From: Acidobacteriaceae bacterium
Lineage (GTDB): Bacteria > Acidobacteriota > Terriglobia > Terriglobales > Acidobacteriaceae
DNA: 36,935 bases
Direction of reading: 5' to 3'
Assembly (NCBI GenBank): GCA_049696575.1
Contig: JBAVUB010000592.1
Coordinates: 1 to 36,935, forward strand
In this document: positions 8,063 to 18,800 of the stretch, piece by piece
Layout of the letters: each line of letters starts with the position of its first letter
Position numbering within the stretch: the stretch's first letter is position 1
Translations under genes and position numbers: made by a program
The notes under the pieces: generated by a model
What the model was told of the DNA's origin: nothing
What the model saw: the letters and a program-made list of their open reading frames with translations, nothing else
The model's database searches: none

Positions 8063-9745
8063 ATGACGAGGGAGCGAATGGACGCAACCGCGCGTCCGCC
8101 TGAGGGGATCGGTTCACATTCAACGCCTGTCGAGGAAGGGCGAGCGAGTTGTCGCCTTCTTCGATTGGTGGCGATCACCTTGGTTATTCCGATGCTGTGG
8201 GTTGCGGCAGGTGCGCGGGGACAGGAGTCAGCGACAATCCACGGTACGGTGCGCGACGTGGCTGGCGCTCCGGTTGGTGACGCACGGGTGAGGCTGGATC
8301 ATGGCGGCACGCCGGCCGCCGAAACCAGAACAAGCGCCGATGGAGACTTCACATTCTCCGGAGTGGCGCCTGGGTCTTACACGGTGATCGCGGAAAAGTC
8401 CGGTTGGCTGGCCGCGCAAACGAGCATCAGTGCTGATGGCTTGCAAAGCCAGCGCGTGGATTTGAGGATGCACATGGCCAGCGTTGAATCATCCTCTTCG
8501 ACCCCGAGCGGGATGGAGTTTGCCGACGAGCCAAATTTCACGATCGCTGCGGTGACGGACTGGACGGCGGCCGGCGGCCATGGCTCGGACACGGTGCTGC
8601 GAGCAAGCGAGGCGCTCAATCGAGAAGCGATCAGCCTGAAGCCAGAGGCGAAGGCTCAGCCCCCCGGGCCCGCGACGGAAGCGAGTGAGGAGAAAGCGCT
8701 GCAAGCCTCGCTGGCGAAGGCTCCCGAGCAGTTTGCAACGAACTACGCTCTGGGTGCGTTCTATCTGGCAGCCGCGAGGAATAGCGATGCTGTTCCACCG
8801 CTGGAGGCTTCATATCGTATCCGTCCGGATGATTTTGCGAATGAGCTCGACCTTGCGGAAGCTTTGCAGGGCGCAGGGGACATCGCCGGTGCACGCAAGC
8901 ACGTGGGTAACCTGATGGCACGCGGCGAAAATGCCGACGTGGATCGGCTTGCCGGCGAACTGGACGAGAAACTCGGCGACTCACTGACGGCCGTAAAGGA
9001 GCTGGAGCGCGCAGTGCACCAGGATCCCAGCGAACGGAATTATTTCGAATGGGGCTCCGAACTTCTGCTCCATCGCGCCGTGTTACAGGCGAAAGAGGTG
9101 TTCGCGGCGGGGGTGAAGGCGCATCCGGAGTCGGAACGCATGCTAACTGCGCTGGGGGCGGCGCTGTTTGCGGGCGCGCTATACGACGAAGCCGCTCAGC
9201 GTCTCTGCGCGGCCTCGGACCTTAATTTCGACGATGTGGATCCATACCTGTTCATGGGCCGAATCGTAGTCGCAGTGTCGAGCCCGATGCCGTGCGTCCT
9301 CCCCCGGCTGAAGCGATTCTCGGAAAGGCAACCGGAGAATCCGCTGGCCAGTTATTACTATGCGATGGCGATCTGGAAGCAAAACGGTCAGCCGGTAGAT
9401 AAGTCCTCGGTGGCGCCGGTTGAGGCTCTGCTGCACCGAGCGGTCATTCTGGATAACAAATGCGCTGTGGCATGGCTTCAACTGGGCGTTCTCAGTTATT
9501 CGCGCAGAGATTATCAGGATGCTGTCGATTTCTTTCGGCGCGCGACTTCAGCCGACCCACAATTCGGTGAGGCTCATTATCGGCTGGGTATGGCCTATGA
9601 TCGTATGGGCGAACGCGACCAAGCGAAGGCGGAACTGGATCTGCACGAGAAGATCGAACGAGAGCAAAAGGAAAAAGTGGAACGGCAGCGGCGCACCATC
9701 AAACAGTTTCGAGTGTTGGATGCCGGCGAACCCTCCTCACCGTAG
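8063..9745 (+). CDS. CarboxypepD_reg-domain + TPR protein (TPR1)
   Basis: Start chosen at the ATG at 8063, in frame within track ORF 7865..9745 and just ahead of the hydrophobic signal LLRLVAITLVIPMLWVAAGARG. The CarboxypepD_reg-like sandwich is TIHGTVRDVAGAPVGDARVRL...DGDFTFSGVAPGSYTVIAEKSGW. Next comes the FTIAAVTDWTAAGGHGSD motif, then TPR repeats. The C-terminal ~300 aa are homologous to TPR2. Confidence 0.8.
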   Translation: MTRERMDATARPPEGIGSHSTPVEEGRASCRLLRLVAITLVIPMLWVAAGARGQESATIHGTVRDVAGAPVGDARVRLDHGGTPAAETRTSADGDFTFSGVAPGSYTVIAEKSGWLAAQTSISADGLQSQRVDLRMHMASVESSSSTPSGMEFADEPNFTIAAVTDWTAAGGHGSDTVLRASEALNREAISLKPEAKAQPPGPATEASEEKALQASLAKAPEQFATNYALGAFYLAAARNSDAVPPLEASYRIRPDDFANELDLAEALQGAGDIAGARKHVGNLMARGENADVDRLAGELDEKLGDSLTAVKELERAVHQDPSERNYFEWGSELLLHRAVLQAKEVFAAGVKAHPESERMLTALGAALFAGALYDEAAQRLCAASDLNFDDVDPYLFMGRIVVAVSSPMPCVLPRLKRFSERQPENPLASYYYAMAIWKQNGQPVDKSSVAPVEALLHRAVILDNKCAVAWLQLGVLSYSRRDYQDAVDFFRRATSADPQFGEAHYRLGMAYDRMGERDQAKAELDLHEKIEREQKEKVERQRRTIKQFRVLDAGEPSSP

Positions 9746-9769
9746 AACCACGATTTTCTCTCGCGCGAC

Positions 9770-11551
9770 TCAGGCACGACGTGGCTTCATCGAATCTACG
9801 ATGCCGGCGCCTTCGCGAATGGTGAGGATCTGATTGGCGGCAATCCGGGTGAAGCGCTCGATCTTCTGAGTGGTCGGCCACTTCACCTCGATCGCGTCCA
9901 CGATTTCCGCGGTCCCCAGGCCGAAATGCAGGCGCAGGTCATTCTGTGACATCACGCTGGTCCCGCTGCTCACTTCGTCCATCTGGATATGCTTGCCGTT
10001 GATCACGCGGGCACGCGCGCCAATCGCCGTCCGGTTGCATTGGGTGCCGATCAGCCTGAGTTTGATCCAGTTCTGTTTGTTGCCGCCTATATTGTGCAGA
10101 AGAGAAGGAAGATCGTTCATGTTCAGGATGAGGACATCTATGCCGCCGTCGTTGTCGTAATCACCGAACGCGGCGCCGCGGCTTGAGAATTTCTCGGTAA
10201 TACCAGGACCCATCTCCGCGGAGACATCTCTGAATTTCCCGTTTCCAAGATTTTTGTAAACGAGACGCGGATTCCTGAACGATTCGCCGAAGTTGTACCT
10301 GTCGACTTCGGGATAGACGTGACCATTGACCTGCACAATGTCGGGCCAGCCGTTGTTGTCGTAGTCGATAAAGCCACAGCCCCAGGCTACATATTTATTG
10401 TTAATGCCGATACCGGAGTTGAAGGATAACTCGGTAAAAGTTCCGTCTCCGTTGTTATGGTAGAGGTCGGACGTATCGTCGGCGAAGTTCGTCTTGAAAA
10501 TATCGAACCAGCCGTCGCAATCGTAATCGGCCACACCCAGACCCATACCAGCCTGTTCGTGGCCGTCGGAGTTATAGGCACATCCGGCCATCACCCCAAC
10601 TTCACTGAAGGTGCCGTTATGGTTGTTCTGCAGGAACATAGCGGGCTCGGAGTCAACGGCAATATAGATGTCAGGCCATCCATCGTTATCGAAATCATAA
10701 GACACTGACGTGATGGAGTAACGCGGGCCCGGTTTCAAAATGCCAGCCTTCTCCGATACGTCGGTAAAGGTTCCGTCGCCATTGTTGTGGTACAGGATGT
10801 TAGTATCGCCAGGCAGGCCACGCGGACCGCACATGGTTGGCATACCCTTCCACTGGCAGAAGGCGGCCTCATCGCGGGAAGGCGGATGATCGGGATCGAG
10901 CGCGACGAAGTTACAGACGAAAAGGTCGAGATGTCCATCCCGATCGTAATCGAGAAACGAGCAGCCCGTGCCCCAGCGGCCTCTCTCCTGGTACAAGCCG
11001 GCTTTCTTTGTGACGTCGGTAAAAGTGCCGTCGCCGTTGTTATGGAAGAGAATGTTACGGCCCCAAAAAGTGCAGAACAGGTCGTCCCAGCCATCGTTGT
11101 CGTAGTCGCCGACGCACACACCGGTTTGCCAGCCGCTGCGGCCGAGGCCGGACTTCGCCGTGACGTCGGTGAACGTGCCGTCGCGGTTATTTTTGTATAA
11201 GTGCGTGGTGGGGGCTTCTCCTGGCGGCCAACGTTCATTGAGCCGGCTGCCATTCGTCAGATAGATGTCAAGCCAGCCATCGTGGTCGTAGTCGAAGAAA
11301 GCTATGCCGCTCCCCTTGGTCTCGACAATGATGCGTTTGGTATCAACCCCACCCCAGACGTTGGGGATGGTCAGGCCTGCTTGCTGGCCCACGTCGATAT
11401 AGTGGACCGGGGAGGTCGGGGGAGGAGTGGTCTCGGCCCGAACCACGCCGGAGTTTCGCCATCGCCAGAGCGGAGTGGTAAGAACTTCGAGCAGCGTGCT
11501 GCCCAGCACGAACATGGATGAGCCCAGAAATCGTCGCCGCGGTGTGATCAT
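9770..11551 (-). CDS. CRTAC1-family FG-GAP/VCBS repeat protein with ASPIC/UnbV C-terminal domain
   Basis: Start set at the ATG at 11551 (MITPRRRFLGSS, Tat-like), which removes the overlap with the upstream gene. It has repeated DYD.DGW.D / HNNGDGTFTDV units. The C-terminus NRTAIGARARVINGKHIQMDEVSSGTSVMSQNDLRLHFGLG...IEVKWP is ASPIC/UnbV-like. Confidence 0.88.
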   Translation of the reverse strand: MITPRRRFLGSSMFVLGSTLLEVLTTPLWRWRNSGVVRAETTPPPTSPVHYIDVGQQAGLTIPNVWGGVDTKRIIVETKGSGIAFFDYDHDGWLDIYLTNGSRLNERWPPGEAPTTHLYKNNRDGTFTDVTAKSGLGRSGWQTGVCVGDYDNDGWDDLFCTFWGRNILFHNNGDGTFTDVTKKAGLYQERGRWGTGCSFLDYDRDGHLDLFVCNFVALDPDHPPSRDEAAFCQWKGMPTMCGPRGLPGDTNILYHNNGDGTFTDVSEKAGILKPGPRYSITSVSYDFDNDGWPDIYIAVDSEPAMFLQNNHNGTFSEVGVMAGCAYNSDGHEQAGMGLGVADYDCDGWFDIFKTNFADDTSDLYHNNGDGTFTELSFNSGIGINNKYVAWGCGFIDYDNNGWPDIVQVNGHVYPEVDRYNFGESFRNPRLVYKNLGNGKFRDVSAEMGPGITEKFSSRGAAFGDYDNDGGIDVLILNMNDLPSLLHNIGGNKQNWIKLRLIGTQCNRTAIGARARVINGKHIQMDEVSSGTSVMSQNDLRLHFGLGTAEIVDAIEVKWPTTQKIERFTRIAANQILTIREGAGIVDSMKPRRA

Positions 11552-11616
11552 CGGAAGGAAGCGGTACGCCTTTCTATCATCGTGAAGTCTATGAGCTAAA
11601 GCAGGTGCCCTGCAGG

Positions 11617-13350
11617 TTATTTCAATTGCACTTTCGGGAAGGGATGCGGCACGATGCCTGTTCCCTCCTTCACGGCGATTATTGTATCGACTGGCACGTC
11701 GGTAATTTTGTCGGTTTGACCGCTGGGCCACTGAATGACCAGCGAATCGATCTTCGTGTGCCTGCCGAGCCCGAAGTGAATGCGCGGATCGCTGGCGGAC
11801 ATGTAGCTGCCGCCCCCTTTGGCCTGGTCCACGCGGACCAGATCGCTTGCGGTCAGCTTCAGAGTCGAGCCGATTCCGTCGCGATTGGACTTTGTCCCGA
11901 TCAGGAGTATTTCCAGCCAGTGGTTGCCGGTGCCGCCTTCGTTGCGCATCAGTTCGGGGTAGTCTCCGCGACAGTTGACCACGAAACCGACGTTGCCGTC
12001 ATTGAGAAAGTCGGCGGTCGCCAGTCCGCGACCGACCATCGGTCGATTGAAGTCCGGTCCCAACTCATCCGAAGCCTTCTCGAAGTGGCCGCGTCCCAGG
12101 TTATGCCACATCAGCAGTGGCTCCTTATAAGTGACCATGCTGTGGTACAGGTTGACGTTGGTGACCATGGCTCCGTTGGCCTGGACAATATCCGGCCAGC
12201 TATCGTTGTCGTAGTCGATGAATTTCGCGGACACGCCGCTGAGAAACATAGCCTTGTTGCCGATTCCGGAATTGTAAGTAGCGTCGGTAAACGTGCCGTC
12301 TCCGTTGTTGTGATAAAGGCGATTCAGCTCAAAGTCGAGGTGGGTGATGTAGGCGTCGAGCAGGCCATCGGCGTCTACGTCGGCGGCGTCGATGCCCATT
12401 CCGGCTTCGTAGCGCCCGTCTTCGCTGGCGGCGAGGCCGGAAATCAGCGAGATATCGGTAAATGTTCCGTTGCCGTTGTTCTGGAAGAGAAAATTAGGCC
12501 AGGTGTCGTTGGCGATGGCAATGTCAGGCCAGCCGTGACCGAAGAAGTCGGCGGTCACCACGCCCATCCCCTTGGCCTCCGGAATACCTATGCCGGATTT
12601 CTGGCTGACGTCGGTGAAGGTTCCATCGTGATTGCTGTGGTAAAGCCTGATGTGCTGGCCGTGATAGTCGTTGGGATTGCAGTAAGAACGATATCCCGGG
12701 GCTTTCTCTCCGCACCATAGGTTGTTCCTGGGAGTCCAATCCAGGTAATTGAGCACGACCAGGTCGAGCCAACCATCCTTATCGAAGTCTACCCAGGCGG
12801 CGCTGGTAGACCACTGGCCTTCGTCGGCCACGCCGGCCTTTGCGGTCACGTCAGTAAAGGTGCCGTCGCCGTTGTTGTGATAGAGAATGGCGCGGCCGTA
12901 GCCGGTGACGTACAGATCGGGGTAGCCGTCGTTGTCGTAGTCGCCGACTGCCACACCCTGCCCATAGTGGCCCTCGCCTCCTACGCCGGTCTTTGCAGTC
13001 ACGTCGGTAAAGGTGCCGTCGCCGTTGTTGTGGTAGAGAGCCGAGCGCAGAGGATGGTCGGGTTTATAGGCGTCGGTTGCACCGGTCTGGACCAGATACA
13101 GATCCATCAACCCATCCTGGTCGTAATCGAGCCACCCCGCACCCGTGCCCATGGTTTCCAGGTAGTATTTTTCGTCGGTCTCTGTGGAGTCCTGCATGAA
13201 CGTGATTCCCGCGGCCTTACGAATGTCGGTGAAGCGGACCGTCGATGGCTGCGGCTTCGAGGCCTGCTGGGCGCCGGTGGCTTTGATCAACAGAACGCAG
13301 GCGCCAGCGCCGATGAAGAGGATCGCGGCGTTGCGGAGCGGACGAATCAT
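11617..13350 (-). CDS. CRTAC1-family FG-GAP/VCBS repeat protein with ASPIC/UnbV C-terminal domain
   Basis: 577 aa with a signal peptide. It has WLDYDQDGLMDLYLV and repeated YHNNGDGTFTDVTAK units. The C-terminus is NRDGIGSTLKLTA...GGSYMSASDPRIHFGLG...LVIQWPSGQ. The start overlaps the upstream stop (ATGA at 13347..13350). Confidence 0.9.
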   Translation of the reverse strand: MIRPLRNAAILFIGAGACVLLIKATGAQQASKPQPSTVRFTDIRKAAGITFMQDSTETDEKYYLETMGTGAGWLDYDQDGLMDLYLVQTGATDAYKPDHPLRSALYHNNGDGTFTDVTAKTGVGGEGHYGQGVAVGDYDNDGYPDLYVTGYGRAILYHNNGDGTFTDVTAKAGVADEGQWSTSAAWVDFDKDGWLDLVVLNYLDWTPRNNLWCGEKAPGYRSYCNPNDYHGQHIRLYHSNHDGTFTDVSQKSGIGIPEAKGMGVVTADFFGHGWPDIAIANDTWPNFLFQNNGNGTFTDISLISGLAASEDGRYEAGMGIDAADVDADGLLDAYITHLDFELNRLYHNNGDGTFTDATYNSGIGNKAMFLSGVSAKFIDYDNDSWPDIVQANGAMVTNVNLYHSMVTYKEPLLMWHNLGRGHFEKASDELGPDFNRPMVGRGLATADFLNDGNVGFVVNCRGDYPELMRNEGGTGNHWLEILLIGTKSNRDGIGSTLKLTASDLVRVDQAKGGGSYMSASDPRIHFGLGRHTKIDSLVIQWPSGQTDKITDVPVDTIIAVKEGTGIVPHPFPKVQLK

Positions 13351-15896
13351 AGGGTTCGATCCGCGAGTTGCAGCGCCAGCTGAAGAAACTGCGCGCGACG
13401 TTGTGGATCCATCGCCTCGGGTGTAGCGCTTGCGGAGTTCGCGGCGGTATCGAGCACGCGCTCAATCTGATCGGTCGGGAGGCTGGCGCTGGCGCTGCTG
13501 CTTCGGAAGCGGTCGAACACCTCTCTCGCTTTGGCGATTTCTCCATTCTGGAAGTAGAAGACGCCCAGCGCGGAATAGCCGCCGGGCCACTCCGGCAACA
13601 GATCGACGGCTCGCTCCAGTTCGCCGGCGGCCTCGCTGTTGCGCCCCTGCACGGCGGAGACGATACCCAGCCCCCAGAAGAGTTTGCCCGAACCGGGAAC
13701 GCGCGCGCGACCGCGGTCAAGAGTGTGGCGCGCGCCATCCACGTCACCGCCGCGGAGCTGAAGCAATGCCAGGGAGAGATAATTCTGATCGTTGTCGAGG
13801 TTGCGGGCGATGGCGTCGTTGTACATCGCGGAGGCGCGCGCAACGTCGCCCACGTGCGCATATATGTCGGCCAACAGGGAAAGACAGGCTTCCTCCTTCC
13901 TGCCATCGGGAGAGATCTGCATCGCCGCATCGAGAGCTTCAGGGTAGCGACGCGCGCGGAAATAAGTGTCGGCCAGGTCGAAGCGAACTTCATCCACGTT
14001 CACGTTAGCCTGAAGGGCGGCCTGCAGATGCTCGATGGCGCCGTCGAACAAGCGATAGCGGGCCATCAGCACCCCCACTCCGGAGAGCATGCGATAGTCG
14101 CCTGCGCTGGCTTGGTCGAGTTGTGCGATTACATCTTTGGCGCGGTCGACCTGGCCGGCTTTCAGGTAAGTCTCGGCGAGGAAGTAGAGGTTCTCCGGCT
14201 GGTCGGGACGCTGTTTGGCTTCTGCGGCCACCTGCTGCACATCGAGTTGCTCGCGGGCCTGCGGCGGCAGCTTGGAGCGATTGTCGAGGTAATCGAAGAG
14301 GTGCTGATAGGGCATCGGGCCGCTCCCCGACTGCTGCGACAACGTTTTGAAAGCGGCGAGGTCATGATTCGCAGCGTCGGTTTCGTGCAGGCTTCGCTCC
14401 GCCATCGCCAGCTTGTAATAACCGGGCGCAGGATCGCGGCTGAGACGAACGAAGCGACGCAGCAATGCCTCCGCCTCCTGCGGTTTTTTTTCCGCGATTC
14501 TCAGGTTAGCCAGCTCCAGCATTGGGTCGGCGAAATCAGGAGAGTACGCGAGGGCCTGTTCGAAGAACTTCGCCGCCGCGGCGTTATCGCCCTGCCGCTC
14601 GGCGATGAATCCCAGGTTGTACAGGCAGAGGCTGCTTTTGGGGTCCTGCTCGAGCCCATGCTCGAATTGCCGTTTGGCTTCATCGAAGCGGCCGAGGTTT
14701 CGGTAAGACATACCAAGAAACGCATACGAGCGCGGCGAATGTTCGATCTGAACCAGCTGGTTGAACAGCTCGATCGCCTTGTCGGTTTTGCCGGCCATGA
14801 AGTAGCTTTCACCAAGAGCGGCCACCAGCGCGGGCCGTTTTTGGTCGATCTCGAGGCCGGCTTCGAGCACCGGAATTGCATCCTCGAAGAAATTCTGTGA
14901 CATGCTGATCTGCGCCATCAGGAAAAGGATGTCGACATTCTCGGGGGCGAGCTTGCGGGCCCGCACCAGTAAATCGAGTGCATCGAGGGGACGAGACTGG
15001 TTGGCCAGAACCTGGGCCATCAGATAAAGTGCATCCGGCGAATCCGGCCGGATGTGCAAAGCCCGTGTCAGTACCGTCTCGGCTTTAGCGGAATCTCCGC
15101 TGCGAAGAAGATCCTGTCCGAGGTTGTAGAGAATCTCGAAGGTGCCGGGCTGGAGCGCGTCGGCTTTTTCCAACTCCAGCTGCGCGGCCTTGTACTGCTT
15201 CTCTGTTCCGAGGAGAACGCCGAGGGAGAAATGCACCTGCACGTCGCCCTTTTCCGCGGTGGACAGCTGGTTGGCGGCCTCGAGGGCCATGGCCGGCTGC
15301 TTGTTATCGAGGTACGCGCGGACTAGCTGCAGGCGAGTCGCCTTGTCCGGTGGCTCCACTTTCCGGAAGTGTACGATCGCACTGGCGGGGTCGCCTTTGA
15401 TCATCAGCAGAACGCCGAGGTTGTAGTGGGCGTCGCGATCGGCCGGATCCCGCCGCAGCACGGTGCGGAATTCCGTCTCGGCCGGCTCCAGTTGTTTCTC
15501 CATCAGATACACCTTGCCGAGATTGCTTCTGGTTTTTGCCGAGGCTGGGTCAATTTCGAGGGCTTTCCGAAACGCGCTTACGGCGTCGGCGTAATTCTGC
15601 TGCTGACCAAAGATCATGCCCAGCAGGTTATAGGCCTCGATGCTTTTGGGATCGCGCTGGAGGATTTCCAACACGAGGCTTTTGGCTTCATCGAGCCGAT
15701 TCTGCTGCAGGAGGCTCTGCACTTGCTGGAAGTCCGGGTTGGCTTGTGCGTGAAGCGGTTGTTCTAATACCGACATTGAAAAGGCCGTGCACAGGACAAG
15801 TAGCAGCGCGACCAACGGCGATCGTGGGGCGCTGGCCGCAGCCGTTCGGGCTCGGCAGCATCTTTTGCGCAGGTCGGCAATCGCAGCTGCCATCAT
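13347..15896 (-). CDS. Large secreted tetratricopeptide-repeat protein (849 aa)
   Basis: N-terminal hydrophobic signal (LVALLLVLCTAFSMSVL), then uninterrupted TPR-type repeats (A..Y.LG......A...F..AL..DP). The start overlaps the upstream stop (ATGA at 15893..15896). Confidence 0.88.
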   Translation of the reverse strand: MMAAAIADLRKRCCRARTAAASAPRSPLVALLLVLCTAFSMSVLEQPLHAQANPDFQQVQSLLQQNRLDEAKSLVLEILQRDPKSIEAYNLLGMIFGQQQNYADAVSAFRKALEIDPASAKTRSNLGKVYLMEKQLEPAETEFRTVLRRDPADRDAHYNLGVLLMIKGDPASAIVHFRKVEPPDKATRLQLVRAYLDNKQPAMALEAANQLSTAEKGDVQVHFSLGVLLGTEKQYKAAQLELEKADALQPGTFEILYNLGQDLLRSGDSAKAETVLTRALHIRPDSPDALYLMAQVLANQSRPLDALDLLVRARKLAPENVDILFLMAQISMSQNFFEDAIPVLEAGLEIDQKRPALVAALGESYFMAGKTDKAIELFNQLVQIEHSPRSYAFLGMSYRNLGRFDEAKRQFEHGLEQDPKSSLCLYNLGFIAERQGDNAAAAKFFEQALAYSPDFADPMLELANLRIAEKKPQEAEALLRRFVRLSRDPAPGYYKLAMAERSLHETDAANHDLAAFKTLSQQSGSGPMPYQHLFDYLDNRSKLPPQAREQLDVQQVAAEAKQRPDQPENLYFLAETYLKAGQVDRAKDVIAQLDQASAGDYRMLSGVGVLMARYRLFDGAIEHLQAALQANVNVDEVRFDLADTYFRARRYPEALDAAMQISPDGRKEEACLSLLADIYAHVGDVARASAMYNDAIARNLDNDQNYLSLALLQLRGGDVDGARHTLDRGRARVPGSGKLFWGLGIVSAVQGRNSEAAGELERAVDLLPEWPGGYSALGVFYFQNGEIAKAREVFDRFRSSSASASLPTDQIERVLDTAANSASATPEAMDPQRRAQFLQLALQLADRTL

Positions 15897-18800
15897 TGCA
15901 GTTGCTCCAGGGACTTTTTGGCGTTCACGTTTTCAGGTTGCACGGCGAGTAACTGGCTTAGCACCTGGCGGGCGCGCTCCCGATCGTTCTCAAGCGCATA
16001 GAGACGGGCAAGATTGAGATACGACTGATCGAACCCTGGGGCGACGCGAATGCCGGTCCTGAATTGATCCTCTGCGTGCTGGTAGTCCCCCTGGCGCACA
16101 AAGATGATTCCGAGGTTATTTAAGGCTTCGGGATACTCCGGCCGTAAGTCGAGAGCCCGTTCAAGGTAAGTCGCCGCATGCTCCAGCTGATCCAGTTGCG
16201 CATACAGCATGCCCAGGCTGTAGTTGATCTCGGCGTCGTCCGGCAGCAGGTCCTGCGCGCGTGCCAGGCAATCGTGTGCCTGATCGTAAAGCTTTTGCCG
16301 GCGATAGACGTTCCCGAGATTCAGGAGCGCAATGGCGTAATCCGGCCGGTACGCGAGCGACTGCTGAAAATTCCGGACTGCCTCGTCCGGTTGTCCCTGT
16401 TCGGCGGCAACCATGCCAAGATTGTTCCACGCCTCGGGGTAATTGGGACGGAGCTGTACCGTCCTCGTGAGATAACCGTTCGCATGGGCGAAGTCATGGC
16501 GACGCAGGCTGAGGGTGCCGAGGTTGTACAGCGCGTCGGCATCATCAGGCTTGTCGGTAAGGACCTGGAGGAACGAGGCTTCGGCCTGGTCGAGATAGCC
16601 ATGCTGAAACATAGCGACGCCGTAAGTGAAATCGTTGCGCGCCAGGCGGTCCTGAACGAGGATGCCGTTGAAGGGGAGCGCGAACCGTATGCGCTCGGTT
16701 GGGTTTGCCGGAATCGAGCGAGCATCCCTCAGCACAGAGGCCGGATCGAAGCCACCCTGGTACACCTTCACGATCATGCCTTCGCCGTTGAGCAGCAGGG
16801 CGGACGGAATGGGCAGGTCTCTGCGGCGATCGAAAAGATAGCGGTAGATCAGGTTGTAGACGCCGGCGGTCTCCTCGGTGGCAAACAACACGGGAAAGGG
16901 GAAGCGCTTCTGGCGGGCGAACGTTTGCGCTCGGTCCAGATTGGCCGGATCGTTGACGTTCAGGGCAAGGCATGGGACGGCGGAGCCGGTGCGCACAGCC
17001 GAGTTCAGGGCTCGGAGCGCATCGAGACTGGCGGGTGCCGCGGTAGACCAGAAACTGATCAGAACCGGGCGTCCGCGCCAGGAGCGCAGATCGCGCACGG
17101 CTCCATCCAGATCGGGAAGAGCGAACTCGGGTGCTTTGAGCGGCTCAATGAGCCACGTTTGCACGCTGGAGGCCAGGGATTCGCTCTTGCCGGCGGGGCT
17201 GGCAACGAGGTATTCCGAGGGCGTCGCCTGAAACGGTGTGGCCTTGAACGAAGCCGAGCCTTCTTCGATGGCAATGCGATGGACGGCGGGAAGATCCTGA
17301 AACGTCTGCTCGAGGCCGCTGGGCCAGCGAACCACGGCGCGCGTGACTTTGCTCGCGTCCCCGATTCCGAAGAACACTTCCTTCGCATGCTGGGCGAGGA
17401 ATCCCGACCCGGCCTGAAGATATTTGGTCTGCGTGAGTCCCGGAGTCTCTATTGTGATCGCCGTTCCGATCGCATCGCGATTGCTTTTGTGACCGCGCAG
17501 TTGAAAGCTTATCGAGGCTCCGATGGCCTGCATAGAGTTATGGAGGACGCGGATCTGCGGCGCATTGCGGTTTTTCAGAATCACTTCGAGGCGCCCGTCG
17601 TGGTCGATATCGGCCAGGGCAAATGAACGGCTGTCTTCGAGAGAATCGAGCCCCACCGGCCCCGATGCTTCGGCGAAGGCGCCGTTTCCCAAATTGAGGA
17701 AGAACACGTTTCTGGCGAACCCATGCCAGGTGTGATCGGAGCGGATCAGCTCATTAATCGCATTCCAGCCGTGTTCGTAGCGAACCGATGGAGTCGCGTC
17801 CTCAGGCGACCGGGCTACGATCTGGCGCCAGAAAAAGCTGGCCAGATCCTCGCGATCCGGCTCCGAGATGTAGCCATTGGCGACATAAAGATCGGAGAAA
17901 CCATCGTGGTCGAAGTCAAAGAAATCCGCCCCCCACGACCAACGGCCCATTTCGACGCCGGCCTGCTGCCCGACGTTTTCAAATCTGCCGGTGCCCTGGT
18001 TGCGATAGAGAGCATTGCCCCGCGCGTGACGCCGGTAGAGTTCGCGAATGCTGGCGGGCGCGTTCTCGTGGAATTGCTGCTGCGAAGAGACTCTTTGTCC
18101 CGCAGCCTCCCACATGCTCGGCACGTAAATGTCCTGATGGCCATCGTTGTCGTAGTCGCACCAACAGCAACTCATACCCGCGCCTACGCCTTCGACGTTG
18201 GCCTCGTGGGAGACGACGGCGAAGGTTCCATTGCCGTTGTTACGGTAGAGCTGCGAGCTGCCGAAGTCATTGGCAACGAACAGATCGGGGAGACCATAGG
18301 GGCCGGAATTTCCCCAGGCGCAGGAGAAACTGTAGCGGTTGTTGTCGGCGTTCATTCCCGTGGCTTCGGTGGTTTCGACGAACTGGTGTGCGCCTTCGTT
18401 GTGGAAGAGGCAATTGGGAGGACCGTTGCGAGCGTCGTAGTAGGGAATGGGGTAGTTGTACTGGTCGAGTCCCAGATAGTACATGTAAAGGCAAAAATAC
18501 ACGTCGAGGCGGCCATCGCCATCGTAGTCTGACACCGCCGCGTGGGTGAAGGTTCCCTGCGGGGGACGGGCGAAGCGGAACGCATCTTTCTGCAGCGAAA
18601 AAGTGCCGTTCCCCTGGTTGACGAAAAGCAGAGGGCCGGTTCCGCAGACCACGAGCAAATCCTGCAGGCCGCGATTTTCGAAATCGGCAAACAGCGCGCA
18701 GGAGGTGTTGTCGAGCACGCCCACGCTGGCCTTTTCGGTGACGTCCTCGAAGGTGCCGTCGCCACGGTTGCGGTAGAGGCGATTGGGCAGGCCCGATGGC

